Assembly: GCA_951406725.2 (NCBI GenBank)
Contig: OX597821.1
Location: 27,776,001-27,840,000 of the forward strand
DNA: 64,000 bases
Origin: Octopus vulgaris
Lineage: Eukaryota
Reading direction: 5' to 3'
Shown here in pieces: positions 12,710 through 26,527 of the stretch. Every line of letters starts with the position of its first letter. Within the stretch, counting starts at the first letter, position 1. The notes beneath the pieces are model-generated. The model searched no databases, was not told where the DNA came from, and worked only from the letters and a program-made list of their open reading frames with translations. Position numbers and translations under genes: made by a program.

Positions 12710-13420
12710 GTCACTCGCCGAGACACATCCAGCGTCCTAGGGCGAGTGAAGGATAATATGTTACAGTGTAACTAAAAGCTTGGGGAGTAGAAGTGGCAGG
12801 GGCAGTAGCGAAATATCTTCATGTAACACAACACGTACATATAAAATTTGTTAGGGTTTTTAAGTATGAGGGCAGTTCTTTTCAGCACAATCTTTTTATT
12901 TCTCTGTAACGTGGTACTCCTGGGATATTATCTAGTTGTTTCAGACAACCATTTCTTATCATACCTAGGGCACACACAATTACAGGAACACTTCGCTCAT
13001 TTTAATGACACGTTTTAAAAATTCAATTCCCAGGTACTTATATTTAGTTTATTTGTCAACATATTTTACAGACATAGTTTTTATCAGTGGGAAAACTTAT
13101 ATCTGGTAGTCTACAAGTATTTTCTTCTCTCTCTTTAATAAATATATCTGGTCGAAGAGCCTGGATCGTTCAGTAGGTGTTGACTGTCAAATTCCAGAAT
13201 ATAGTGACATTTTTACCTTCAATGACTGTCTCAGGATGATATTCTTACCAGTAATCAGGAAACTGATTTTGTAGAGTTTACATATTTTCTAATATAAATA
13301 CTGTCCTACCCTATCGTGGCGAATTATGTATTCGTTTGGTGTCAGCACAGAACTTACCTAAACAAGATGGTGTCTTGTTTCATTAAATGTATCACAAAAT
13401 CTTCACTTCCGGTCAGCTTT
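12710..13420 (-). mobile_element. second R4/Dong-like LINE 3' fragment
   Basis: Degenerate RHDRVGQY, VTIFWNL, RPD and VPVIVCALGMI motifs; ends at a (TTA) tail. Confidence 0.65.
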
Positions 13421-13559
13421 CTTTGTCTCGTTTGCCTACACTTATTTGTTTATAATTATAGAAACAGGGCTCTATCCAATTATCTACGCTAATAGATAAG
13501 TCTTGGTGCCTAAAACTAACGCAAAAGTGTTAATGATAATTACCCAAAATCCATGGTGG

Positions 13560-13844
13560 ATGAAAGGAAATATTAAAACGAACAAATAGTAAAAGAAGAA
13601 AATAATAATAATATTAATGATGAAAAATAATACGACAGAAAAAAGGCAACGCTACAGGGGAACGATAGTGACATTATTTGCAACTTTAAAAAGTTTGATC
13701 GGTGGAAAATGAACCAAGAAACGGAAAATGTGAAAGAAATTCTGAAATGCATCAGAACAAAACGCATCGCAGACACAAATAATTTCATCAAAGCAGCAAG
13801 TATTGTTGTAGCAGAAAATGTGGGTGTTGATATCAAGAAAAAGG

Positions 13845-13847
<3 letters not shown>
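13560..13847 (+). mobile_element. R4/Dong-like LINE internal fragment (pre-RT region)
   Basis: NQETENVKEILKCIRTKRIADTNNFIKAASIVVAENVG, ending at a (TCA)n tract. Confidence 0.5.
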
Positions 13848-13876
<29 letters not shown>

Positions 13877-13884
13877 GTATTATT

Positions 13885-14795
13885 ATTGCATTTACGCAGC
13901 TTCTAATGCTGGAGATGTACTACGGTGTCAGCTGTTCACTACCAGTGAACTAAGTAAGAACATATTTTTCGAGCACCATCCGGAGTATTCGAGTGGTTCC
14001 CAGCAGTACTGCTTTCTGCATGTGATCCACTCTTATTGCAGGCCCCTATTTGTTCCATGTACTTCTTAAGATTTCTACTCAATGTACCCAGGGCTACGAC
14101 AATTATTAGTACAACTACCACCTTTTTCAGTGACCAAGACTGCTTAACCTCCTAAGCTAACCTGTTTTATCTATCGCCTTATCTTTCTTCCTTAACGCAT
14201 ACCTTGCTGTCAGTTGCTCATACTATATCTGTGATCCCGCATAATTTGATGTCTTTCTCAATCGTCATTATTCTCTTTCTCCTGATCGTACTGAATCAGA
14301 GAACCCCATAGGATTTTTGCTTTATCATTTTCGATGATGCCTTTGGATCTATGATCGTAGACCTTTTTTGCTCTGTCAAATCAATACTTGTGGCAAAATG
14401 ACCAATGAACACTTTTTGCTATGTTATCATGACGTTTCTTATATTCTTTCTGGGCTAGTAGTGTATATTGACTGGTAATATGCTGTACGGGTTCATTATT
14501 TTTTCCGCAAATTCTGCATTTATCACTTTTTGATGTTTTGTCTATTCTGTATTTGATATTATTGGTTCTTAATGCTTGCTTTTTGAACAGCACCGTTTAG
14601 AGCCTCCGTTTCCGGTTGGAAATCACTTTAGTCATCAATATCCATCTTTTTTCTGTGTTTGTATTATCTATGAATTTGTGCATCTATTCTTTTCTTTATC
14701 CATCTATTATCAGTACATTCTCTTTTCAGCACATTCTATTTTCAGAACATTCTCTTTATCCAAGTATTTTCAGTACAGGTGGAGGAAGAAGGAGA
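13885..14795 (-). mobile_element. third R4/Dong-like LINE 3' fragment
   Basis: QALRTNNIKYRID...KCRICGKNNEPVQHITS...KEYKKRHDNIAK (CCHC and RHD motifs) and IVVALGTLSRNLKKY. Confidence 0.82.
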
Positions 14796-14868
14796 AGAAG
14801 AACAACAACAAGAATAAACATTTCTGCATAATAATATTAATAATAATAGTAGTGGTAGTAGCAGCAGC

Positions 14869-14902
<34 letters not shown>

Positions 14903-15713
14903 TTTGAAACTGGAGCATCGAACGTAGGTTTCATTATAGAGCAAAAGTGCATAAAACGTGAAAGTTTAAGACAATAATCGCATAAAGTCATATAAAGCCA
15001 GTACAATAATAGCCTCACAAGAGTAATGAGAACATCAGGATACAATTACTTCCTTCATGTAGAAGACATAAATATGTTTCTGTAAATAGTTAATTGAATC
15101 TTACAAAATTACATTAGGTAACTATGGTTCAATCACACAATTCTACAGGAATACACACGTGCGGACACACAAACACACACACACACTCACATACATACAC
15201 ACACACACCTACGAATACAGCTGATAGAAACAACTGAAAGATATGAATGAATGTCACAATATAAGTTATTACAGAAATTTCAGATTAATTATTAAAATGA
15301 GTGTTAGAATTTTTGATAAGCGTAAATAAATTGGTATCAAACGTGGTGCAAAGGAAAAGAATAATCGAAAGCAAATACAATATTTCCATAACGGATATTT
15401 TGGCATCCTTGGTAGATATACTTGTAAAATTCCGGAAAGGAAACAGTTTTACAAAAAGAAAAAAAATTAATCAAACACTTAAGACGCTGACTTCAAATTT
15501 TATTTGAACCGAGAGGAATCGATAAATAAACTTATGATTCCTTTGCGGGTGTTCATCCCTCAATGTTTTTCAATGTATCTCTGTAGCTTTGGAAACGGAT
15601 CCCAAGGTATAGACATATACGTCTGAGTAAAGACATAGTTGGGCGTCCAAAGAATCTGCAACCAAATTCCATGGTTTTCCCCATCTACCAGTGGAAGAAC
15701 ATTTCTGTACAAG

Positions 15714-16719
15714 TGTAATGACCGTGCGAAAGTGAGGTGATGAAAATGGCCCCTTAGTACATCACACACCCCTTACAATTAATATACATTGAATAATACA
15801 TATATGTGCCAGAGGAAAAAAAAGAGAGACACAATCGAGTGGAATTTTTAAGAGAAGATTTATTGATGTTCTAATATGTGTGTCAGTGTGTGCGTCATGT
15901 ATACAAAATAATAGACAGGCCGTCATTAGAACAAAGTGTATGTGTGTACAGGCATGGATGTATGCGCGTGTATTTAGATATGAGAATCGCAATGAAGCAG
16001 ACAGCGAAAGAGTCTATAATGAGAAGTTAGAAGAATGTCCATGCACACAAGAATGAGAATAACAGTTCGTAGTCAATTGTACACGGTAGCTGAAATACGG
16101 TATCAAGAAGTTGCAGCCATGATGCTGAGTTGGTTGCACCACATGTCGTACGTGATGTTGTGGCTGTGATGCTGCTACCTGAGTCACTTGGTACGGGACA
16201 TCTTGAAGGTTGTATATTCGCTGTTGATCCATGTTGAAGTAATTCCCGAACAGTGAAGCGTTGGAACCTGGGCAAATTGCTGGTTGAGTTGTGTACGTAG
16301 AGATGTTGACATTAAGACGTTGGTGGCGACGGAGATGGATGTTGCCGAATGCTGCTGGACGAAGTTGGTAAGTCTCAACGTGGCTGCTGTAGTTACCTGC
16401 TACGTTCGAATATACGTATTTATAGAGTCTACGCTACACAAGAACGTTTAAATAATGAAAATTTCTTTATCGAAAAATACAGAACACGCATAATATGAGT
16501 GTATAAGTGGCTTTGGTTTCAGTATATATTTTAACTCATGGTCGCTTATTCGTCACTGTACTTAATTTACCCAAATACTTTAGCTCGCGGGTTTATGTTA
16601 TGCTAATTTAACTCAATCGCACAAACAATGCGCAATTACCTCTCTTGTCACGAATGAACAATCAACAATTACTCCCCCCGACCTTTCTACTCGTTGATTC
16701 ATTCACAATCTTTCATACA
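15714..16719 (-). mobile_element. probable solo LTR (~1 kb)
   Basis: Minus strand begins TGTATGA and ends TCATTACA. It has a TATA box (CTATAAATA, ~16418-16426), a CA-rich downstream region and AATAAA (~15859-15864). TACAAG is repeated at 15708-15713 and 16716-16721. Confidence 0.5.
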
Positions 16720-16879
16720 AGAACATGGACTAAAAACGTTTTAAGAAAATACGAAATCACTATAGCTTCAATGTTATGATTAGTGAAACATGAAACCGGT
16801 CGACTACCGCAATACACTCTCTACCTCGGCCTGTCTGTCTCTCTATCTCTATCTCTCTTTCTCTCTCTCTTTATATATA

Positions 16880-17272
16880 TATACTCTTTTACTCTTTGAC
16901 TAGTTTCAGTCATTTGACTGTGGCCATGTTGGAGCACCGCCTTTAGTCGAGCAAATCGACCCCAGGACTTATTCTTTGTAAGCCTAGCACTTATTCCACC
17001 ACTCTCTTTTACCGAACCGCTAAGCTGCGGGGACGTAAACCCACCCGCATCGGTTGTCAAGCGATGTTAGGGGACAAACACAGTCACGCAAGTACACACA
17101 TATATATATAAACATATATACGACGGGCTTCTTTCAGTTTCCGTCTACCAAATCTACTCACAAGGCTTTGGTCGGGCCGAGGATATAGAAGACACTTCCC
17201 CAAGGTGACACGCAGTGGGACTGAACCCGGAACCATGTGGTTGGTAAGCAAGCTTTTTACCACACAGCCACT
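16880..17272 (-). mobile_element. SINE family A
   Basis: Reverse complement of the family A head and tail; highly similar to 26112-26527. Confidence 0.92.
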
Positions 17273-18029
17273 CATATATAAATATATATATATATACGTG
17301 TGTGTTTTTGTAAAAACATGTTCACATAATCGGAAATTCTCACACATATACATGCATACATATCCATATATTCACCCCGCCACAGCAACGTCACTTATAC
17401 AAATCTTGTAATGTGCATTTGTGCCAGTCTCTCTTGAAATTGGTTGGTTCATGTTTACGTATCCGGAACATGCCGTTTCGACCTTGAGTCCGATGAAATG
17501 TGTGCCAGACTTTTATTATATGTGGGTGTGAGCGCGCGCCCGCACGTGAGTGGCCTACGTGTGTGAGTGTGTAGCTAAAAACGTTAATGTTAATGTCCTT
17601 ACCATGTCGATGTTCAATCACTGAAATACATGAAAGAATGGAAGAGTTATTGTAAGGGTACGTGAGTTTATGAATATGTATGTGTGCATTTTCTTATATT
17701 ATGTGTGGATGCATTCTTTTTCTTTTATGCATTGTTACGAGACGTAAAAAGTGTGTTAGAAGAGTAAAAAAAAAAAAAAGGAAAAACGTCACGTTGTTCT
17801 TTCTTCCTTTTACTGTCACGGTAATTCTAGCCTTGGCTCTCTTCTTCATTGACAACTTAAGTACCCAACAATAATTTTCGCTCGCTATAGTCGATTAAAA
17901 TGGTTTGCAGGATATTTCCCAGCATGAACGGATTTCTATGACTGAAAACAGTAAAATAATAAACGAATATATAATTAAACACTATTCAGCATAAGTCCAC
18001 ACATACACATACATCCCCCTCTCTCTTCT

Positions 18030-18053
18030 TGCATGTATGCATATATACATATA

Positions 18054-18106
<53 letters not shown>

Positions 18107-18188
18107 ATATATATATATATATATATATACGTATATGTATATATATGTATGTATATATATATATATATATGTATGTATATATGTATAT

Positions 18189-18220
<32 letters not shown>

Positions 18221-18280
18221 GCATATATGTATATATATATATATATATATAATATATATATATATATGTAGGTATGTATA
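18030..18280. repeat. compound (TA)n/(TATG)n microsatellite
   Basis: Direct reading. Confidence 0.95.
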
Positions 18281-19609
18281 TCCATAAGTGACAAAACTAC
18301 TTTTCGTAAGTAGTTTAATATGAATGCGTTTGTCCTTGTATCGATATCAAAGTGAATTTATCCTTTCGGAATGCATTATCATTCACATCCAGTCCTGACT
18401 GTAAGCCACGTGATGCTATATATTTGCTTCTGAACCCCCTTTTAATCATTCATCAGAAAATGCAAGAAAACTACAAAGACCTAAAATTCACCACGATTCT
18501 TTGATGATATTTCTTTATAGAAATATTCCGCCTAAACCTCTGTTTGTGAATAATTTCGTAATATAAATAAATAAATGTAGGAGTAAAAATCTCAATTCTC
18601 TTCTCTTTTCTTCCACTCAATATATTCGGACCACAAATTACAAGAAATACGATTACGTTTCTTTTAGCTCCGGGAGGAACCTGATTTTCGAAAACATTAG
18701 TCTAAATAATTCGCAGTCATTCTTAGAGGTAATACGATGAAGTTCACTGTTTCGGAAGATTTATTGAATGTCACGAAATAACCCCACCGAATAAATAAAT
18801 GTAGAACAAATAAATAGTAAAGGAAATAACAAAAAAATATCATAAGAGAGGTATGGAAGAACTGAATGAATGATGGCAAGCAATAAGAAAAATAAAAAGA
18901 GATCACAGAAATCGAGATAAAATAAGAAAATCAAACAAACATAATCAATAAAATCACTAAGATGTTGCAAGGTCACATCAAGAATGTTATTTTTCCTCAA
19001 GGTAAAAACTGATTCGTTCACTAATGAAGGAAGATGTAACAAATGAAGATATAAAATTAGACGGAGAAAAGAAAAATAAAGAACACAAAACTAATGAACA
19101 AACACAACATAAAGGGTGATGGAATAGTAGAATTAAGGACAGGAGGGTGGAATGAAAAGAAATAAAGACAAATAAAGTGCAGTAACTACTTCTTCAGTAA
19201 CAAATATAAACAACGATGTAAAGAAGAAAATGAAGATGTTTTGGAGTGGATGGATGGGGTAGAATATAAGTAAACATTGTAAAAAAATAACCATGAAGTA
19301 CTAATTAGATATACGTCACATACAGTGCGCTTCATTTGCGAGAATTAACTAGAAATTGCAAAACAAAAGAGGGTGTAAAGAAAAAAAGGTAATAACAATA
19401 ACAAATAGTACTGAGATAAATAACGAATAAACATGTGTAAATATAATGTAATCCGCTATTGAAAGAATGCTGTTTAATCTAGCTTAGCGCATCAAAAGCG
19501 GAATCGTAATAGTGCGGTTGCCAGAAAGACATGGAAAAAAATCATATACAAGAGTAGTCATATGTGTGGGGGGTATTTTATGTAAATATTTAATTACACT
19601 CATGCATAA

Positions 19610-19689
19610 TGTATATACATACATACATATATACACACACATACATATATATAGTCACTTATATATATATATATATATGAGACTGTGTA

Positions 19690-19777
<88 letters not shown>

Positions 19778-19778
19778 C

Positions 19779-19821
<43 letters not shown>

Positions 19822-20015
19822 TATATATATATATGCATAAGGATATATATTTATATGTATGTATATATATATGCATAAATATATATATATATTTATATAT
19901 GCATATGCATATATATATACATATATATGTATGTATATATGTATGTATATATATATATATGCATAAATAAATGCACACACATATACTATATATATATTAT
20001 ATATATATATATATA
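19610..20015. repeat. compound (TA)n microsatellite
   Basis: Direct reading. Confidence 0.95.
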
Positions 20016-20693
20016 CCCATACAGCTGTGAAATAGTACGTCATTTTATAGATGGGTAGAAGCATGTATCAGTGTGTAAATTACATATATATATGTGTGTG
20101 CGTGTGTTTGCGTGTATATAGACAGGGAATCTATATCTATGTATCTATTTGAAAATATATGCATATTGATACTGCATTTTAAACGTGTACTCTATATAAC
20201 TGGCAGCGATATTCGTACCATCAATATAAAAGACAACGTCAATAATCAGAATTGACAGCTTGTCCGGAATAAAGAAATGTTACGACGTGAACACAACGGA
20301 TTTGAATGTAATTACAGCAAATAAAGTTCATTCGAGGAAAATGACTCTCAGTCGTTAGCGAATTGTGCGTGGATTTCCCGTGCTAATGTGATAAATAGAA
20401 ATTAAATTAAGCATACAATTGCAAATGCATTTTGCATCAGATGGGCGAAAGAAAGGAATATAATTAAACTAAAGGAAACCCATGCTCAAACATAAGGACT
20501 AACTAATTCAATGTCAGAATCACACGATAAACGTAATGTGTCTGTCTGATTGTCTATGTGTGTGTATATGTGTATGTATGTATACGCACACACACCTACA
20601 TGTATATATCCATATATATATGTATATATACTATATATATTTATATATACTATATATATTTATATACGTATGTATATATATATATATATATAT

Positions 20694-20923
20694 ATTTCTT
20701 TACTACCCACAAGAGGCTAAACACAGAGGGGACAAACAAGGGACAGAGAAAGGGATTAAGTTGATTACATCGACCACAGTGCGTAACTGGTACTTAATTT
20801 ATCGACCACGAAAGGATGAAAGGCAAAGTCGACCTCCGCGGAATTTGAACTCAGAACATAACGACAGACGAAATACAGCTACGCATTTCGTCCGGCGTGC
20901 TAACGATTCTGCCAGCTCGCCTT
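20694..20923 (-). mobile_element. SINE family B
   Basis: Reverse complement of the 4159-4392 element. Confidence 0.92.
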
Positions 20924-21235
<312 letters not shown>

Positions 21236-21629
21236 GCGCGCATGTGTACGTGGCTGTGTAACTATGTATGTATACGCGAACGCATGCAAACACATACACG
21301 GAAAACCAAACATGCATGTATATTGTTTTCGCAACTACAAAGGGATAAAAGTATTAAATACTCATGTACTAAGGATTTTGTTCGTTACACTTCGATTTGT
21401 GATTACAATACACTGTCCCCGACAATATAATCTAGGAATGACCTCCCTTGTTATACTCATCTGCTACAGCTGCCTTCAAGAAACGAAATGTATGTAGAAA
21501 TCATAGAATATTTTACATGCACACACGCAAACACACACACACACTCACACACACACACACACACACACATACATACACACACACCCTCACTCACTCATAA
21601 AACTTGTTAATGTTGTCACCAGTGGTAAA

Positions 21630-22175
21630 CTGAAATAATTTTTCACCTATCAAGTGAAATTTGGTATTGGCGGCTTTGTACTGGCCTTTCTGAAATTTTA
21701 CCCTTATCTTTGGTCCAATTTCAACTGCTGTAATTTCGTCAATGTCATGTTTGCGATGTGTGGTCTGGTGTTGTGTTGCAATAAAATAGGAGTGTAACTG
21801 TTGACTATTCTAGGCTGTTTTTTTTTGTAAGTTTCTGCATCATTTGTTCCAGTTTGCTGCAGTATACTTCGGCCGTGATTGATGAGCCAGGTTTATATGA
21901 AATCATAATGGATCACACATACGCCAGACGACCAAACACACACTGCCAGCTTCTTTTGATGAATTTTGGTCTTTCGGCCGTGTTTCGGTGGCTCGTCTTT
22001 GTCTAACCATTGCGCTGGTCTTTTACGGTTGTTGTATTGGATCCATTTCTCATCTCATGTTACAATTCGATTCAAAAAAGATTCATATTTGCGACGATAA
22101 TGTAGCATAATGCAGGCTTCCAATCGTTGCTGTTTCTCAGTTTCAATGTGTTCATGTGGATCCTATTTTTCCAAC
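21630..22175 (-). mobile_element. mariner transposase fragment (inverted partner of the next feature)
   Basis: Minus strand reads RLEACIML...RIVT*DEKWIQYNNRKRPAQWLDKDEPPKH...HQKKLAVCVW. Confidence 0.88.
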
Positions 22176-22189
22176 TTCCGTTCTTGTAA

Positions 22190-23055
22190 CTTTGACCTTA
22201 CAAATAAGCAACGCAATCGACCAGAAACAAAGATGGATAATGACGAAATGAAAGCCACCGTCGAGCCAGATCCATCTCCATGTGCTCGTGAATTTTCGTT
22301 GTTGTTTGATGTTAGCAAGCAAACATTATTGATTCACCTAGTTCAAATCTGTAAAGTGAAAACTTTGGATAAGTGGATTACACATGAACTCAACGAAAAT
22401 CATAGACGACAACGTTTGGAAGCCTGCATTATGCTAATTTCTTGTTATAAAAATGAATAATTTTGGGACCGAATTGTAACATGTGATGAGAATGGGACCC
22501 AGTACAACAACTGTAAACGTTCGGCACAATGGATGAGAATAGAGGAGCCACCAAAACACAGGTCCAAAAATCAACATTCATCACAAGAAGCTGACAATGT
22601 GTGCTTGGTGGTCTGGCGCAGGTGTTATCCATTATGATTTCATTAAACCTGGCTCATCAATAACGGCCGAAGTATATTGCAACCAACTGGACCAAATGAT
22701 GCAGAAACTTACAAGATGCAGCCTAGTTTAATCACCAGTTACACTCCTATTTTATTGCAACACAACGCCAGAGAACACATCGGAAAAATGACATTGGCGA
22801 AAGTACAAAAGTTGGAGTTGAAAGTTCTCCATCATCCATCATACTCACCTGATCTTGCCCTTACTGATTATGACTTCTTCCAGAATTTGGAACACTTTTT
22901 CATAGGAAAAAATTAATTCCGGCGATGATATAAAGCAGGCCTTCCAAGATTTTATTGACTCTATATTGCCAGGGTTTTACAGTTCCGAGCTGGACAAGCT
23001 AATGCTGAAATGGCAAAAGTGTATTGGCAATATGGGTATATAGTTTGAGGAATAA
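22190..23055 (+). mobile_element. mariner transposase pseudogene
   Basis: LDKWITHELNENHRRQRLEACIML, RIVTCDE, LLQHNAREH, HPSYSPDLALTDYDFFQNL. Confidence 0.92.
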
Positions 23056-25064
23056 AACGTTAGCAAGCCTTTTTCTTTTCTACAAACTTCTTACTTCATT
23101 ATCACGCACAATAATCATATACATACATACGCTAATTACGTATTGAGGATTTACTGAGAGTCATTAGTAGAACTCCTTTTTTATCAGCCGAATGCTGAAG
23201 CAAATTCCATCTTTGCTGATTAAAAAAAAAAAAGCAAAAGAAACGTTAATTAATAAATCTACTTCTGTGACAAGGATCCAGTAGGCTGAACAAACTCTTG
23301 TTATTAGAAACCGAAGCATTATGTGTTCGAAATGTGCATTCAACTTCACAGCAAGACATTTTAAATCTACTTTTATAGTTGTGTGGTTGTGAGTGTTTTC
23401 TTTTTTAACATAATTTTATTACCAGATGTTTTCTTGAGACGAATAGCGAATGTAAACTTTTCAAACAGTATATCTGACTTGACTATAACATACAAAATGC
23501 CATTTGAATTAGTGCCACTTCTGTCACTAATAATGAATTTCTATCTGACCAGCCGGCTCATTGTACTGTTTACTATCATGATTACTATGACAACTTTGAA
23601 ACAGTTGTGGTTATTATAGAGTCTACTTGAACGAATATGTCCGATGGAAAATTATTAACTCTATGATTTTGTTTTTGCCGGCTTGTAACATCTAAAATAA
23701 TGTTTAATTTGTAACTGTTAATTGCAGCCATAACGGAAGCAAAATGCAGCTATAACGGAAGAATAAGAATACTTAACGGTAGTTTTGTTGTATATTTTGT
23801 AGTTATTATATTGTGGTGGAGCATTGTCCTTAATTTGTTCAAAATCATTATCCAGTTTTTCTTTGGACAGGACTGGAAAACAGAACGATATACCGGGTAT
23901 TTTTAACTTTTTGTCCAGTAATATTCAGTGATACATATATACATGTGTACATCAATGCATATATATATATATATAAGTACAAGATAAACATCGTATACAT
24001 GGATATATCCATACAAATTTGTTGCTAATGAATCTCGGTCGTTCGTGTAACGGAATGTATCTGCTCCTGGACTAAGTTTTAATTGATCGAACATTCAGTA
24101 TTTCCGTTTTAGCCTCCGCGACATTCTGAAACAGATTCAGAATGTATTTATCAAAGCCATACCGTTTCCATGTAACAAATTTTGTTCTTTGTAATTGTTC
24201 TTCGAGTCAGTTTCACTCATAGTATGGGGTGTCTGGAGGTACCATGCAATCCCAAGATGCCGTGCAATTGTTTCGAACAAAGAACCACGTGTTATTGAAG
24301 CGTTATCTTTATCACATTATTTATACACACTGTATAAATACAGAAAAAAGAAACGGTAAACTTAGTTATATACCTTTTTGACGTAATTTCACAATGTTCT
24401 CGCATTATACATACATACACACACACACAGATACACACATACGCACGCACACACAAATCCATCTTGCTTTTCAATCTATATATTACGTTAGATGATTGGC
24501 TCTCTTTTAAATGATCTGTTATTGATTTACTTGGTTTAGTTGTTGGATTGACTGAGACATTACAGATTCGGGTATAATATGCTTCACCACCCTGTCAAGT
24601 GTTAAGGTCAAATTACAACGTGAACAACCTTATTTTCATCATTCTTAGTTCATAATAATCTTTACAAGACATGTATTGTATTCTTACTGATTCGATCGAT
24701 ATCATACTTCACCTACGTGTACGTGAGACCGTGTCAATACAAAGAATAATCATTCATTTGGTTTCACTTAGAACATTGCAATATGTTATTTTCGACTGCA
24801 TTAACTCCGGAATATTACTGATACATTTTGCTTCACTGAAATAAATATTCCAATGGGCGATACCTACTTTTCTGATGTAAAAGCATTTCTTTATGCAGTA
24901 TTCGGTTGCTATTCATTACCCGGCACTTTGCTAGATCTTACTGTTAGTTTCACGGATATGAATTCATCCAGATAATACATATTTCACATTGTCTTATAGT
25001 CACATATATTATTGATATTCTTACGTTAGATATTGATTTCAAATTTTGTCATAACACCAACATT

Positions 25065-25235
25065 TTCGGAAAAGTTGATAAGTCGATTACATCGGACACC
25101 AGAATTCAACTAATGCTTCTTTATTGACCCACGGAATGATAAAATGCAAAGACGAACTCGGCGGAATTTAACACATAATATAAACGTGAACGAAATATCA
25201 CAATAATTTTTTCCCGGCAAGCTAACGATTCTTAC
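25065..25235 (-). mobile_element. degenerate SINE family B
   Basis: AGTCGATTACATCG...GGAATGATAAAATGCAAAGACGAACTCGGCGGAATTTAA. Confidence 0.65.
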
Positions 25236-25489
25236 TTTATATATAGAGAGAAAGACAGAATGGACTAAACAGAACAGGAGGAGACAAGTGTGATAGAAGA
25301 GCCACTGAAGAAGTCTCGAGTGTGTGACGAAAGATTTCCAGACAATGGACATATGAGGAAATAAGAACAATGATAAACAAATCAAAAACAAATACATAAT
25401 ATGTATGTTTATTTGGCAAGAAAAAAAAACGGCCATCCAGAAATATAATAATAATGTGTGTGTGTGCGCACGCGGTTGAGTGTATGAAA

Positions 25490-25529
<40 letters not shown>

Positions 25530-25875
25530 GTTTTGGGAAGACAGATTTCCAAATCAATCAGGTGTAACCCTACAGCGTAATGTGCATCTACATATGATAG
25601 TTTGGTGTCTTATTTATCGTATATTTATATATTTATCTATAAATATAAAAACTATCTGATAAAAGTCAATATTCAATTTTTGGAGATTAATCGATATGCG
25701 GGTATTCTATCTCAGATAATACAAAAAATAACTTATTGAGTATATCTGACAGCAAACTCATGGGATCAGTTTGCACATCACGAAATAACACTTAAAGAAT
25801 ATAACCAAAATTACCAGCTGGGTAATTAATGTGCTTCATTAATTATATCATACTTTAGTTAATATGTTTATTATA

Positions 25876-26105
25876 TATTTCTTTACTACCCACAAGGGGC
25901 TAAACACAGAGGGGACAAACGAGGACAGAAATAGGTATTAAGTCGATTACATCGACCCCAGTGCGTAACTGGTACTTAATTTATCGACCCCGAAAGGATG
26001 AAAGGCAAAGTCGACCTCGGCGGGATTTGAACTCACAACGTAACGCAGACGAAATACCGCTAAGCATTTCGCCCGGCGTGCTAACGTTTCTGCCAGCTCG
26101 CCGCC
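25876..26105 (-). mobile_element. SINE family B inserted at the tail of a family A SINE
   Basis: Full-length copy with a probable TSD TTATTATA (25868-25875 and 26106-26113). Confidence 0.92.
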
Positions 26106-26111
26106 TTATTA

Positions 26112-26527
26112 TACTCTTTACTCTTTTACTCTTTTACTTGTTTCAGTCATTTGACTGCGGCCATGCTGGAGCACCGCCTTTAGTCGAGCAAATCGACCCC
26201 AGGACTTATTCTTTGTAAGCCCAGTACTTATTCTATCGGTCTCTTTTGCCGAACCGCTAAGTGACGGGGACGTAAACACACCAGCATCGGTTGTCAAGCA
26301 ATGCTAGGGGGACAAACACTGACACACAAACATATACACACACACACATACATATATACATATATACGACAGACTTCTTTCAGTTTCCGTCTACCAAATC
26401 CACTCACAAGGCATTGGTCGGCCCGGGGCTATAGCAGAAGACACTTGCCCAAGGTGCCACGCAGTGGGACTGAACCCGGAACCATGTGGTTGGTTAGCAA
26501 GCTACTTACCACACAACCACTCCTGCG
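26112..26527 (-). mobile_element. SINE family A, full length
   Basis: Head GCAGGAGTGGTTGTGTGGTAAGTAGC, B-box GGTTCAGTCCC, CORE-like CACCTTGGGCAAGTGTCTT, (AGAGTAA)-type tail. Confidence 0.93.
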
